From positions 221,092,001-221,156,000 of the forward strand of contig NC_091470.1 in the NCBI RefSeq assembly GCF_036971445.1: 64,000 nt of DNA. Direction: 5' to 3'. A program made the position numbers and the translations under genes. A model generated the notes under the pieces. The model saw only the letters and a list, made by a program, of their open reading frames with translations. It did not search any database and was not told the DNA's origin. This DNA comes from Narcine bancroftii. Taxonomy: Eukaryota. How positions within the stretch are numbered: position 1 is the first letter of the stretch; each line of letters starts with the position of its first letter. Below are positions 50,105-62,705 of this stretch, one piece after another.

Positions 50105-50470
50105 TAAAAACACAGAAATGCCAGTCGGTCTCACATCATCCAGAGGAGGTAAAGATACATTACCAATGTTTCAGGCCTGAGCCCTTCCTTAAGGAACAGG
50201 AGAGGTAACTCTCACCTTCCCTCTCTCCTGATTTCTAATGATATCCAATTAATACCTTCTATCTGTTGCTCTGTACTCCTCCCCTTCCCATTTGTGCCTG
50301 TCTTTTCCCAGCCTTTCAATAAAGACACCAGTCTCTCTTTTATATCTTGAGGAAGAGCTCAGATTTTAAATGACGGTTATATATCTTTACCTCCTATGGA
50401 CGCTGCTGAGATCCTCCAGCATTTCTGTGTTTTTGCTACAACCACAGCATCTGCAGACTTCCGTGTTTCA
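50105..50470. repeat. Inverted pair of Penelope-like terminal repeats
   Basis: AAAACACAGAAATGC..GGAGGTAAAGATA at left is the reverse complement of TATCTTTACCTCC..GCATTTCTGTGTTTT at right; decayed hammerhead motif in each arm. Confidence 0.8.
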
Positions 50471-50594
50471 AATAAAATTTTGTTCCGTGACCATCCCCTG
50501 ATCAACTTTAGCAACATTTCATCTTTGGTAACAAAGGTTCTGATGATTCTCACTTAATCTATGCAATGGCTAACAGTTCATGTCCACTGTAAAA

Positions 50595-50780
50595 AGAACA
50601 ATGAAATCCTGGAGGAACTCCGCTGGTCTGTTCAGGATCGGTAGGAGGAGAAGATATTTTGCTCTTTTGGCCCGAAGCCCTTCTTCAAGGAAAAACAATC
50701 AGAAAAGGCAGAAGCAGGAAGGTCTCAGAATTCAAACAAATGGAGGAGGAATCCAGGCCAACAAAAGGTATTAATTGGAT
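50595..50780 (-). repeat. Penelope-like terminal repeat
   Basis: Minus strand CTTGAAGAAGGGCTTCGGGCCAAAAG. Confidence 0.65.
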
Positions 50781-51324
50781 TGCACTTTTTCCAGAAAATA
50801 GAATATTTGACTCATCACACTTTCACCAGGTTAAAGAATAACCACCCTCCTCCGCTGGCAGAAGTTATCTGCACCCTCAATAATTTCTCCTTTGACTCAT
50901 CCCACTTTCTCCAGGATAAAGAATATTTCTCTCAGTTCAACTCCACGGTCCTTGTTCATTTGCAAGTTCATTTCTCGTTGTCTTTTTCATAGTTCCATTT
51001 GACGGCGGGTTTAATTACATTCATCATGGGATTTTGTGTCAAAGATAATTTATCAAACATGTCACAGACAACTAACCCTGGAACCTTTGGAACTCTAAGG
51101 ATGGAGGAGAAAGTTATTCGCAAGCATCACTTCTTTCCTGCAGTCAACAGTTAAGTGAACGTGATTTCAACAGAATATTTGATAGTCTCATTACAGATTG
51201 GCTTGTATTTCATTTTGGTTCAGAGTATATGCAAGTCATTTCTGATTTACAACCTTTGAGAATCAATTTACTCTCCCTGCAAATGTCAAGAGCCTTTAAG
51301 ATGAAAGACATTTCCCCACCTTCT

Positions 51325-52526
51325 GTGCTTGTGCGTGGTAGGTCGTATTTAACCAAATTTTTAGAGTTTTTCGAGGAGGGTACCAGGAAAGTTGATGAAG
51401 GAAAGGCTGTAGATGTTGTCTTCATGGACTTTAGTAAGGCCTTTGACAAGGTCCCACTTGGAGGTTAGTCAGGAAGGTTCAGATGCTCAATATAGACAGT
51501 GATACAGTACACTGGTTTAGAAATTGACCATACAGGAGAACCCAGAGAGTGGTAGTGGATTATTGCTTCTCAGTCTGGAGGTCTGTGACAAGTGGTGTGC
51601 ATCAGAGATCAGCGCTGGGACCATTGTTTTTTTGTCATCTATATAAATGATCTGGACTATAATGTGGCAAATTGGATCAGCAAATTTACGGTTAACACAA
51701 AGATTGGACAATGAGGAATGCTTTATAAAAGCTTGCAGAGGGATCTGGACCAGCTGGAAAAATAAGGGCTGAAAAACGGCAGATGGAATTTAATGCAGAC
51801 AAGTGTGAGTTGTTACATTTTGGAGGACAAACTAAGGTAGGGCATACATAGTAAATGGTAGGGCACTGAGGAGTGTGGTAGAGGAGAGGGATCTAGGAAT
51901 GCAGATACATAATTCCCTGAAAGTGGCGTCACAGGTAGATAGGGTTTTAATGAAAGCTTTTGGCATATTGGCCTTCATAAATCAAAGTATTGAGAACAGG
52001 AGTTGGGATGTTATGGTAAAGTTGTATAAGACATTGGTGAGGCCAAACTTAAAGTATTGTGTGTAGTTTTAGGCACCTTACTACAGGAAAGATATCAATA
52101 ACATTGAAAAAGTGCAGAGAAGATTTACTAGGATGTTCCCCAGACTTCTGGAACTGAGTTACAGGGAAAGGTTAAACAGGTTAGGACTTTATTCACTGGA
52201 ACATAGAAGAATGAGAGGTGATTTGATAGAGGTATTTAAAATTATGAGGGGTATAGACAGAGTAAATGAAGATAGGGTTTTTCCACTGAGGGTAGGTGAG
52301 ATAAAAACCAAAGGACACAGGTTAAGAGTGAAAGGGGAGAAGTTGAGAGGGAGCATTAGGGGGAAATTTCTTCACATAGAGAGTGCTGGGAAGGTAGAAT
52401 GAACTGAGGTGATGAATGCGGGCTCAATTTTAACATTTAAGAAGAATTTGGACAAGTGCATGGATGGGAGAGGTATGGAGGAGTATAGAAGGACCTGTTT
52501 CTGTGCTGTAATATTCTATGGTTCTA
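51325..52526 (+). mobile_element. CR1 LINE RT/3' fragment
   Basis: GRSYLTKFLEFFEE..MDFSKAFDKVP, LYKTLVRPNL, LGLYSLEHRRMRGDLIEVFK; TTCTATGGTTCTA tail. Confidence 0.92.
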
Positions 52527-52756
52527 AAAGTGCTGGAGAAACTCAGCAGATCGATCAAAGTAGGCAAAGATAAACAACCAATGTTTCAGGCCTCTGAGCC
52601 CTTTTTCAAGGCACTCAAAGCCCTTCGAAGGGCTCTGGCCTGAAACTTCGGTTTATATATCTTTACCTCCAATGGACCCTGAGGGACCTGCTGGATTCCT
52701 TCAGCATGTTTGTGTATTAACTCCAATCACAGCATGTGCAGACGTTCTTGCTTCAC
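52527..52756. repeat. Tight inverted pair of Penelope-like terminal repeats
   Basis: GTTTCAGGCC..GAGCCCTT (52582-603) versus AAGGGCTCTGGCCTGAAAC (52628-646), about 25 nt apart. Confidence 0.8.
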
Positions 52757-53514
52757 AATATTATGGTGTGTTCCTTCAAGGGCTAACTGCCAAGATTATA
52801 GTTGTGAGGTACATTCTGGAGGCTGTTAGGATCTTGCACTAAATCAATAGAGTAGAACACAAAACTTGACTCATCATGCCACTGCATAAGGAGAGTCAAC
52901 AGTTCTGTTCAGGGAATATTATGATTGAAAATTATTATGTTTATGATTCTTTAAAACTATTGTTTTAAAGTCTAATGAAGCGGTTTTGTTTCTTTTTAAT
53001 GTATGCATCCATGCCTCAAGCTTTTCTTAATTCAATCACATTGAATTCTGCTTGACAGGCAGGGCAAGTAAATCAATTAAAAGGCTATCTCAAAAACCAA
53101 TGTAACCAGAAGCAAGGTAATTCTTAGAAAAGAGGGAATCACAGATATAGCATTGGTTAATGCACCATAACTAAGGCTTGTCTAATGCTTGGAGAGTTTG
53201 CTGATGCAAATACACAAGATTTTTGGCTTCCTGAAAGATAACACCGAGACAATTCAGAAGCCGTGGTCCAAGTTTTAGTGGGCAAATGAGGCATTGATTC
53301 AAATCAATAATTTTAACTCTTGCTTCGAGCCAACACATCTTTGCTTCTCTGCATGTGCTGGCTTCTTGCAGCCGACAAGTTGATTGTTTGAACTTTACCC
53401 AAAGAATATGCTTGCAAAAGTAAACATGAATAATATTAATAATAGGGGCTTCTTCGCATGGAAAATTGTTGATCTCCAGCTAGTAAATGCCCCTAGTTTG
53501 AGGAAGCATATTTA

Positions 53515-53825
53515 CATAAGAACATAAAAAATAGAGCAAGAGTCGGCCATCGGGCCCATAGCCCACTCCACTATTCAATGAGCTCATGGCAAAGCAGATG
53601 ATGGGTTCATCTGCACCTTCCTGCCTTTCCCCCCATATCCCTTAATTCCCCCTAGTAGTAAAAATCTGCCCAACCTTGTCTTAAATATAGTAACAGAGGT
53701 CACCTCCACTGCTTCAATGAGCAGCAAATTCCACAGATTCACCACCCTCTAGGAAAAGCAATTCCTCCTCATCTCCGTCCTAAATTTACTACCCTGGATC
53801 TTGAGGCCATGTCCCTGAGTTCTGT
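53515..53825 (-). mobile_element. CR1 LINE 3' fragment
   Basis: RTQGHGLKIQG..FRTEMRRNCFS; same subfamily tail as 49000-49645. Confidence 0.85.
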
Positions 53826-54074
53826 AATAGCCTGGCAAATTAAGCTCTTCCATTTGATTAGGTTCTGATGTGCATAGGTTCAAGAGGTAACTTGACCATT
53901 GATATATTTTTACATCCTGCAGTAAGAGTGACATTACCCATGTGTCAGGCAGAATGCAAAAGCACCTACTCACTGATCCAATTAAAAAAAATCCAAACTT
54001 AGACGCGGACATTAAAGAGACGCCAGTGCTCACTATCCTCAGCTGGAGGGTATTCTGTAGTAAACACTCTGGAT

Positions 54075-54291
54075 CAGCCATTCTCAACCTTTCTTCTGGG
54101 TTATGGCCCCCTTAGGACTGCCCTTAGGGTGCCCTTCGCAGGTGAAGCAATTAAGCTTAGTTGATTTTTTCTGTGTTTCTCTCCGAACGACTGCATAAAA
54201 TTAAAATTATTTATGTGAAAAGAAAGCAAGACTTTTACTGAAATGTGTGGTGGCCCCCAAGGGTGGGGGGTGGAGTGAATCAGGATGGCTG
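54075..54291. mobile_element. hAT/Charlie-like MITE
   Basis: CAGCCATTCTC..GGATGGCTG termini; flanks CTCTGGAT/CTCTAGTC resemble the NTCTAGAN target. Confidence 0.6.
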
Positions 54292-55133
54292 CTCTAGTCT
54301 GCTTTTGTCTTTAAGGCTAGACCATTCGTCCAATGCAAGAGTAGAGTATTATTGCCCACTTTCTGTGCAGCTGCGAAATTTACACTCCACAGAGAGTGTT
54401 TGAACATCAAGAATGTTAATATATTCTGATGATCGACTGTACATTTATGGAATAAAATCGTTCCCAGTTATGGAAAACATTGCTTGAGGTGCTGGAGGAC
54501 CACATGGGTGTCATAAATCACTACTTCTCCTTTCAGAAGTCCACTTAGTACATTTACTAACCCTGTCATGCTGCATTTATTGGCTCTTTGTTGTTAAAAA
54601 CAGCAAGCCTTTTTACATCATGATTTTCAGGACCATATGGGACCTCAAAGTTCTCCACAACCATTGAAATACTTTTAAACTAGTTTACTATTGTAAAAAG
54701 GTGTTAGTCTTGTTTATAATGTATCCTTGTAAAGAAAACACACAGGATGACCCAAGACAAAGCAAAAGTCACTTCAACTGGAAGGTCATCATGACAAGGG
54801 ATCATATTGCTGAGGTATTTGTTTTTAATTTTAAATTGAAAAGAGTGCATTCAGCTACAATAACCTTCACGGTGAAGAACACTTTATTTGACAGCTGAAA
54901 AATCATTCATATGAATTCGGAGAATGCTTTATCACGGAGGTAAGGTGGCAGGAAACCACCACGATACTGATGATGATGTACACAAGGGCGCCAAAGGCTG
55001 TGCATTTCTGCAACAAGTACTAAATACATGGAGCTTTTCAGTGACCAGCTCTGCTGAGTTTTTGCATTAAGATGAGTTGGGGGGGATGGGCCACCTGGGC
55101 CACACAGTGGCACAACAAATGATCTGTTGGGGG

Positions 55134-55375
55134 AAATCCAGGGACACCACTCACAATCTACTGGAGTAAATCTAGGGGCACCACTCAATCCACTGGAGTA
55201 AATCCAGTAGAAACACTCACAATCCACTGGAGGAACTTAATGGGTCAAGCAGAGTAGTGGGAGGAAAAGAAAGTTGTCGACAACATCCAGAACATGAAGG
55301 TTCTGGCCTAATCTGTTACCAATAAGGCCCATCCTGTTGATTTCCTCCAGTGGATTGTGTGTTGCTCCAGCCCTC
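55134..55375. repeat. Three ~33-bp tandem units plus an inverted copy (Penelope-like end)
   Basis: CACTCACAATC(C/T)ACTGGAG x3 and reverse complement CTCCAGTGGATTGTGTG near 55346. Confidence 0.7.
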
Positions 55376-55399
55376 AGTGTCCACAGTGTGCTGAATGAC

Positions 55400-55682
55400 C
55401 CCAGTGGTAGTGCAGCCAGTACAGTTATCTCACAGCTCCAACAAGCCGGGTTCAATTCTGCTGCTGTCTGCTTGAACCTCATTCATTCTCCCTGTGACCC
55501 CCCTTGCTTTCCTCCAATTCACTTTCCATGCTAAAGAAAGTGTTGGTTGTTTGGTTGACTGGCTGGTGGTAAAATTAAGAAGTGTTCAGATGGAAAAGAA
55601 TAGGTCAGAAGTAGGGATATTGGGACAAATGGGATTGCTGGGAAAGCTGCATATTCTCATGGGGCTTAATGATCTTCTGTAA
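55400..55682 (+). mobile_element. Old tRNA-derived SINE
   Basis: GTGGTAGTGCAG..GGGTTCAATTC box remnants. Confidence 0.55.
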
Positions 55683-55934
55683 AATGCATTAAAGGTGCTT
55701 ACTAATGCAGAGGCCCTTGGACAAATGTATTGGAAGTTCTCAGAAATAATGGTGTTTGGGTATGACTTAGTGGTTCAGATATGATCAGGGGAAAATATCT
55801 GTGAGATATATAAAGTACATTTGACATCCTATAGAGAGAGACTGATAAGGCTAGAGTGCAAGGAGTCAGTGAAATTATAAAGCCTTCTCAAGGATCCTTT
55901 GAGAACATCCTTCAGTCTAAGGGAGATGCTATCT

Positions 55935-57695
55935 TTCTGGCTCTTCACAAAGCCTAGAACACCTGGACAGCAAGGGCTCATAAATCAGGGTGCTCTTCAT
56001 TGACTACAGTTCAGAATTCATCACCATTATCCCCTCAAAACTGATCAGCACACTCCAAGACCTAGGACTCAAAACCCCACTGTGTAATTGGATTTCCTCA
56101 CCTCCAGACCACAATTAGTGGTCCCAAACAGACCTTTCAGGTGAAGAAACACTTCACCTGTACCTCCAAAGAACTCATTTACTGCATCCGGTGCACCCTC
56201 TGTGACCTTCTCTATGTCGAAGAGACCAGTCGCAGATTCGCCCAGCACCTCCTCTCCATCCACAACAAAAGCGACCTCCCCGTAGCCAACCATTTCAATT
56301 CTGAGTCACATTCTCAAGCTCACATGTCTGTCCATGGCCTTTCACACTACCCCACCCTGACCACCTGCACACTCCAAGACCTAGGACTTGGGAGGAACAC
56401 CTCATTTTATTTTCTCTGGGACCCCAGGGCATGAACGTTGAGTTCTCTACATTCCACTAATCAGCTTGCCTCCCCCGCCCCCTTTAACTAGTCATTCCAG
56501 TTCCTACTTCCTTTCTCTCTCCACCTTGCCTAGACTCCTCCCCCCCCCTGCAGTGTTCCCCCCTCCACCCATCATTTCACACCCTCACCAACCTTGCCCT
56601 CTTTTGTTCAGACATCTCTCACATTCCCCCACACCTTGACAAAGGGCTCAAGCCTGAAACATTGGTCATGTATCTTCACCTTTGCTACATAAAGGCTCTG
56701 TGACTTGCTGCAATTGTGTGTTTTTTTCACTTAACCACGGTGTCAACAGAATCCTGTGTTTTACCTTCCTCCACAACTTCCATCAGTACCGGAGCACCAC
56801 AGGTCTGCTCTACTTGCTTTACAGCTATAACTGTGTGGCTTGGTATGACAATAATTTAGAAATTTGCTGGTGATACCACGGTAGTGGGTTGTATAAAAAG
56901 GGTTGATGCATCAGCAGACAGGAGGGAGATTGACAACCTCTTAGTTAATGTCACCAGAACTCAGGAGCTGATTGTGGACTTCAGGAGGAGAAAGCCACAG
57001 GTGTATTAACCAAAGTGGGTGGGGGGGGGGCGGGGGAGAAAGGAATCAATGGTGGAAAGGGTGAGAAAATTAATTTTCTGGGAGTTATTATTTTGGAGGA
57101 CTGATCCTGGACCTACAGTCATTGTGAAGAAAGCATGCCAGCACTTCTACTTCCTCAGGAGTTTGTAGGGGCTTGGAAATTTTGGAAAACTTTTACAGAT
57201 ACACAGTGGAAAATTTGGTGACGGCCTGATATGGGGGCTGCCAACAGAAAGCTCTGCAAAGGTTGGTGGACGCAGCCCAGTACATCGCAGGCAAAACTAC
57301 TCAGTGGAACGCTGAGATCAGCGGTCATCGAAGATCCACATCACCCAGTCCACGTTCTGTTCTCGCTGCTACCATGAGGAAAGGGATGTAGCTGCCACAT
57401 GATTCACACCACCAGGTTCAGGAACACTGCTACTACCGGATTTATAAACCACAAACTCAATCAGTGACTCATTTAAAGACTCTTACTTTGTACATTATTT
57501 ATTGCTAAATATTTATTTTTTTTCTACTGTATTGCAGTTTGTTTTCATATTTTTTCTTTGCTTACACTTTTGTATATGCATCTTTTCTTGAGTATAGATC
57601 TTTGTACTACCAATAAGTAGAAATTCTACCTGGTGGACAGGAAAAAGAATCTCAGGGTTGTATGTGATGACATGTATGTTCTCTAACAATGAATA
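55935..57695 (+). mobile_element. Rex1-type LINE RT/3' fragment split by a Penelope insertion
   Basis: Colinear with 18340-19560; breaks at about 56119 and resumes at about 56768. Confidence 0.8.
56120..56767 (+). mobile_element. Penelope-like element 3' part (GIY-YIG plus terminal repeat)
   Basis: HFTCTSKELIYCIRCTLCDLLYVEETSRRFAQH..VANHFN; TTGACAA-AGGGCTCAAGCCT-GAAA at about 56635-56659. Confidence 0.88.
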
Positions 57696-57789
57696 TGTTT
57701 TTTTTTCCTTTGGTCATTGAGTGAATGACTGATTCAGAAGCCTGATGTTTAACATTCAAACAAATGTCCCACCCAATGGAGTTAATTGA

Positions 57790-58085
57790 TGAAAAGAAAC
57801 AAAGATGTCTGCAGACCTGTGATTGGAGAAACACACAGAAATGGTGGAGGAACTCAAAAAGTGTCACAGCCTCCAAAGCAGGTAAAAATACATAACCTAC
57901 AGTTTGGGCCTGAGCCTTTCATCAGGGTATCAGCAAAAAGCAGGCAGACTACTGAAAGGCTGGGGAGATGGGAAGAATGGGCAGGGTGCCAGAGAACAGA
58001 CAAAAGGTGTGAATTACATATGGATGGGATGCAGGAGAGAGGAAAGGTGAGAATTGATTGGGTGAGGGGGGTGAATTCCCATTGA
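57790..58085 (-). repeat. Penelope-like terminal repeat with a canonical CTGATGA hammerhead box
   Basis: Minus strand: ATACC-CTGATGA-AAGGCTCAGGCCC-AAA-CTGTA-GGTTAT. Confidence 0.8.
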
Positions 58086-58609
58086 TTGCAAGATGCAATA
58101 ATGAGGGAAGCAGCCTATTTACTTGAGATGCCATGCACATCCTGGATAGGTCACTGTTTTGCTTATCTCAGTTCTAAGACAATGAACAAGGGAGTTCTTC
58201 AGGCCATGCACATAGCTGGTGAACTGCCAGCCTGGAAGCAGACAGTGTGTGACTGTTTACAGAAACACTAGAAAGTGTGCTATGCTCTAACAGTAAATGT
58301 ACACATTAGAAACTAATTTGGACAACTAAGTTGATTCAGGGTTGAACAGAAAAGCAGCAGTCAAAAGTTAATCAGGAGGAGGTCAATTTTGTACAAATTG
58401 TTAACAGCTATTGCATCTGTCAGGATGTTTGCCTTATTTAAAGGAAGATTGAGATCTCTAAAACAGTTTTTTCCTGGTTGAAAAACCTTCACTGACATGA
58501 ACAGCTACTTCACGATCCATCTGCAGTAAGATTTCCAAATGAAAAATGTTTGATACAGGATTCATACATTACCCACAGTTTGCCATGGTTAGCTTAAAGA
58601 GCAGCATGA

Positions 58610-60345
58610 TGAACATTCTGCTGTCAACCTGGACAGACTGTGGTCTTTCCATTAGGAAGTCCAGGATCTAGTTACAGAGATGGGTGTTGAGTCTCAGCGA
58701 GACAGCATCTCCATGAGCCTCTGGGATTAAACACTGAGCTAAACTCATTAAACGGCAGCCTGGCATCATTCTCCAAGTGGGCCAGAATGGATTACAATAA
58801 GATTATAACATAAATCAGTGGAATAGATCCATCTGTAGGTGAATTGAAATAGGTCCAGCGTCTCTGGAGGTGCACGTTCATGCACTCCATCAACAGGTGG
58901 TTGAAGCATTCCATATTGGTGGAGGAGAGTGCCACTGAGTGGTTGGTCATTGAAGCCCGTTACCATCATTCTCTTTGGCATCAGGCTGATGGCGGCTGAC
59001 TTGAAACCCATATGGATGATGGACTGCTGCATTGATGTGTTGAAGATGTCTGTAAGGCCTTCCTTCAGTTGGTCTGCCCAGCTCTTCATTACCCAACCAA
59101 GCCTGTTGCCTTGTTTTTGTTCACCTTGGATGGGATTCTCCTCAATTCAGGTTCGACTATGTAGGTGGCCTGTTCATCAGGCTGATATGAAGCTTTATTT
59201 GGCATCAGTCTGTTCTTCTTGTTGATTCCTGCATAGGTGTTCAGCCTATCCAAAAAGATGGTATCATTGTCTTTGACTCGCAAGGTTGACTTGTAATCGG
59301 TTATGGTCTTTATCCTTTGCCACGTCATCGGTGATGCAGACTACGGATCTTCTATGTGTTCCCATGCTTTACCTTCCAAATTGCACGGGAGAGTTTGACT
59401 CTGGCTAATCTTCATGCTATCATCTTTCCTGCATTACGAGCCCTGAGAAATGCAGGGATTTCTCCATCTAACCATGGCTTCTGGTTAGCCCTGGTTGTGA
59501 AGCATTTGATCTCAGTGACGTCCTTGATGTGACGAGCTAATATAGCTCGTCAGAGCTCATGTTCTCCATGGCCTCAAAGTAGTCCTGTAAGTCTGCTGTG
59601 GATCTCCCCCCACCTCCCTTGGCCATGTCCACGATCTCCCTGTGAACTGACTTATTCATTTTTCCAGTGAACTGTACACCAGAGTTAGCAGGCCCAATAT
59701 GTGATCTGAGGAATCAGGGTGGCGATGAGGGACGAACTTGTATGCACCAGGGACATTAGTGTACACCTGATCCAGTGTGTTCTCTCCTCTGGTGAAGTGG
59801 ACATGCTGTGAAAATTGTGGCAGAGCAGTTTTTAGGTTGGTGTGTTTGAAGTCATCAACAACCATCACAGCACCAACAGGAATGGAGATCTGGGCTTTGC
59901 AAATGGCATCTTAAAGCTTCACCCCCATTTGCCGAAGGTAGAAAGTAAATTGCCGCAATCTGTGTGGCTGAGAATTCCCTGGGCAGTTAGATGAGTCTGC
60001 ATTTCACCATCAGGTACTCTATCTCTGCTGAGCAGAAGGGCTTCACAACAGAGATATTTGTGCCCCAGTTCTCCCTGATGTCAATGCACAGTTCCCATCC
60101 TAGAGTCTTGCCTTGAGGGAGATAAGTCCATCAAACTGGATCGCTGAGTCTGAAATGGAGTCCTGGAGATGTGTTTTTGTAATCACCAGAGTACAGCAGC
60201 CTGCAGTTACTTCTAGTTCAGATGCAGCCTCAAGTAAACCATTTTCTTCTCCCTCGATCTGGCATTTCTGAGCAAAATCTTTGGGAATGCAGATCTGAAT
60301 GGGTCAATCTCAGTCTAAACCCAAGCCAGCCCACTTTCTGTCTTC
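58610..60345 (-). mobile_element. Rex1/Babar-type LINE EN-RT fragment
   Basis: TRGENTLDQVYTNVPGAYK, ADQLKEGLTDIFN; same family as 8510-11415. Confidence 0.88.
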
Positions 60346-60467
60346 TTGCCTGGCACTTTTTGACGCCCTGCTTTGTGATCTGCTCTCCGGTCCCTCCGTT
60401 TAGTAAGCTAAAACTGCTCAATATTTTACCAGTCTGATTCTCTAGTGCCCAAGTCAGGTTGTAGGGC

Positions 60468-60900
60468 TGTTAGGTCGGCTTTGTTCATGAATGAGTGAGA
60501 CAAACACCAGGCTGAGTCGAAATCAGGGTTCTTTGTTCTTTATTACCGGATTGTAACACTTGCGACCAACCAGGTTAGTCGGAGAATGCATTCTGCCGTT
60601 ATCAGCAAAATGGTGATTTTTTATACCCTTGGATATGTGCTTAGAACATCATCATATCATTACTTGTCCAATGACTAAAACTGTTGCTATCCTTTCCCTG
60701 CTAGCTTCCTGCCTCTCAATCCATCAATGTCTCTCTTATCTTGTAAGTACAAGGATGCATTCACATCTTGTTACTGCCCCGTACATTCCCATCTCATGAT
60801 GTTTTACCTAACAGGAGTACAAGGACACCTCCCCTTCTTGTTACAGCCTTGTACAGGGTAACTCCCTACACATTCCCATCTCATGATGTTTTACCTTACA
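60468..60900 (-). mobile_element. Young solo LTR (433 bp)
   Basis: TGTTAGG..CCTTACA termini, perfect 4-bp TSD GGGC (60464-67, 60901-04), AATAAA on minus near 60540. Confidence 0.9.
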
Positions 60901-61012
60901 GGGCCCAGGCCAAAAATGTTGGTTACCCTTTACTTCCTATGGATGCTGCATTACCAGCTGAGTTTCTCTACCGAGTTTGTGTATTACACTTGATGACAGC
61001 ATCTGCAGATTG
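60901..61012 (+). repeat. Penelope-like terminal repeat interrupted by the solo LTR
   Basis: GGGCCCAGGCCAAAAATGTTGGTT..CCTATGGATGCTGC..ACAGCATCTGCAGA. Confidence 0.7.
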
Positions 61013-61249
61013 GTCATGAGAGAAATGTTCAGGTTGTGCTGTATGTTTCTGAAGACATTGGGAGTAGTCTCTTCATTTTTTTTCTGACCAACTCCTGCTC
61101 CAGGATCCCTGATGGAACCTTGTGCTCTCCCATTATTTCAACATCTCCAATGATAAAGTGCTGCCACCAGTGTCATCACCAAGACACAATCCAGTGAATA
61201 TTTCAGCTGCTAAACATGAGAAACTAATCTCCGCTACAGCAAGCTATTA

Positions 61250-62418
61250 ATTTTGGAATGCTTATCTCTGCAATTTGTCTACCACCACAATTCTTCCACA
61301 GCAGATGCAAACTCACTGGCTCTCCACACAGCCCTGGATCACCTGGACAAGAGCATCTCTTATATCGGGCCGCTTTTCATCCATTACAAATCAGCTGTCA
61401 ACCCCATCATCTCCCCCAGTACTGGTCTGCAAGCTTCAAACTCTAGGTCTCTCAACTTGGATCCTCAACTTCCTCATTGCAAGGCCATAGACAGTGCAGA
61501 TTAGTAACAACATCTCCACCTCACTGACAATCAACACAGGCACACCTCAAGGATACATGCTTAGCCCCATCCCCTACTCTCTCTACACCTATGACTGTGA
61601 GGCTGGGCACCATTTAAATGCCATCTACAGATTTGCCAATGGCACTACAGTTATCAACAGAATCACAGCTGGCATTGAGGAAGCGTGCAGAAGTGAGATA
61701 GATCAGCTAGTTGAGTGGTGTCACAACAATATCCTTACAGTCAATGTTGGCATAACAAAGGAATTGATTGTGGACCTCAGGAAATCAGGGAACACAAACC
61801 AGTCCTCACCAAGTGGTCAGCAGTGGAGAGGGTATAGAAAGTCAAATTCCTGGCTATCAACATTTCCAAAGATCTATCACAGGGCCATCACGTCAATGCA
61901 ATCATCAAGGCAGCTCACCAGTGGCTTAATTTCATTAGGAGTTTGAGGAGATTTGGCATGCCACCAAAGACCCTTGCAAATTTCTACTGGTGCACCACGG
62001 AATGCATTCAGGTATGGAGGTGCCAGCACAGGTCAGGAAAAGGCTACAGAAGGCTATAAATTCAGCCAGTGCCATCATGGGCATCAGTCTTCACTCCATT
62101 AAGGACTTCTTTAAGAGGTGGTCTCTAGAAAATAGCCCCTTTCATCAAGGACACTCACCACCTTTTCACCACTGCTACCATCAGGAAAGAGGTACAGGAG
62201 CCTGAAGATGAACATCTAATGTTAAAAAAAATAGCTTCTCGCCCCCCCCCCACATGACAATGACACCTAGTTCGCCAATTTTTCACGAATTGTTTATAAA
62301 TATTGTATTTACTGAACCATAACATAGCAATCCTGCACTTGTAATGCATGATAACCCTGCCGTAAAACAAATTTCCTGACAGATGTTAAGGGCAATAAAT
62401 TTGAATCTAATTCTGATT
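61250..62418 (+). mobile_element. Rex1-type LINE RT/3' fragment
   Basis: NTGTPQGYMLSP, RFANGTT, WCHNN, TKELIVDLRK; AATAAATTTGAATCT tail. Confidence 0.88.
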
Positions 62419-62476
62419 TGCCAGAGTCACTTGCAGACAGATGTGAATTTTCCCAGCCACATCGTGTCCTTTCAAA

Positions 62477-62705
62477 TGCAGCGGTTAGCACAATGCTATT
62501 ACAGTGCCTGTGGCCAGGGTTCGAATCCAACACTGCCTGCAGGGAGTTAATACGTTCTCCTCAACTTGTGTTTCCTCCGGGAGCTCTGGCTTCCTCCCAT
62601 GTTCCACTGATGGACAGGGTTGGTGAATTAATTGGCAACATGGGTGTATTTTGGGCTCGGGGCCAGAAGGACCTGTTACTGTGGTGCATCTCTGAATTAA
62701 ATTAG
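62477..62705 (+). mobile_element. tRNA-derived SINE (HE1-like)
   Basis: B-box GGTTCGAATCC (62518-28); tail GGGCCAGAAGGACCTGTTAC. Confidence 0.78.

Noticed and set aside
50780-50930. Imperfect ~35-bp direct repeat (TTTGACTCATC.CACTTT..CCAGG.TAAAGAATA)
   Set aside because: Looks like a small local duplication with no further structure
55134-55235. Short regularly spaced repeats resembling a CRISPR array
   Set aside because: Eukaryotic context, no unique spacers, no cas genes; a tandem duplication of a retroelement end
58122-58230. Minus-strand exon-like frame GWQFTSYVHGLKNSLVHCLR
   Set aside because: The phase of its best donor does not fit the 55007 candidate; no recognisable homology
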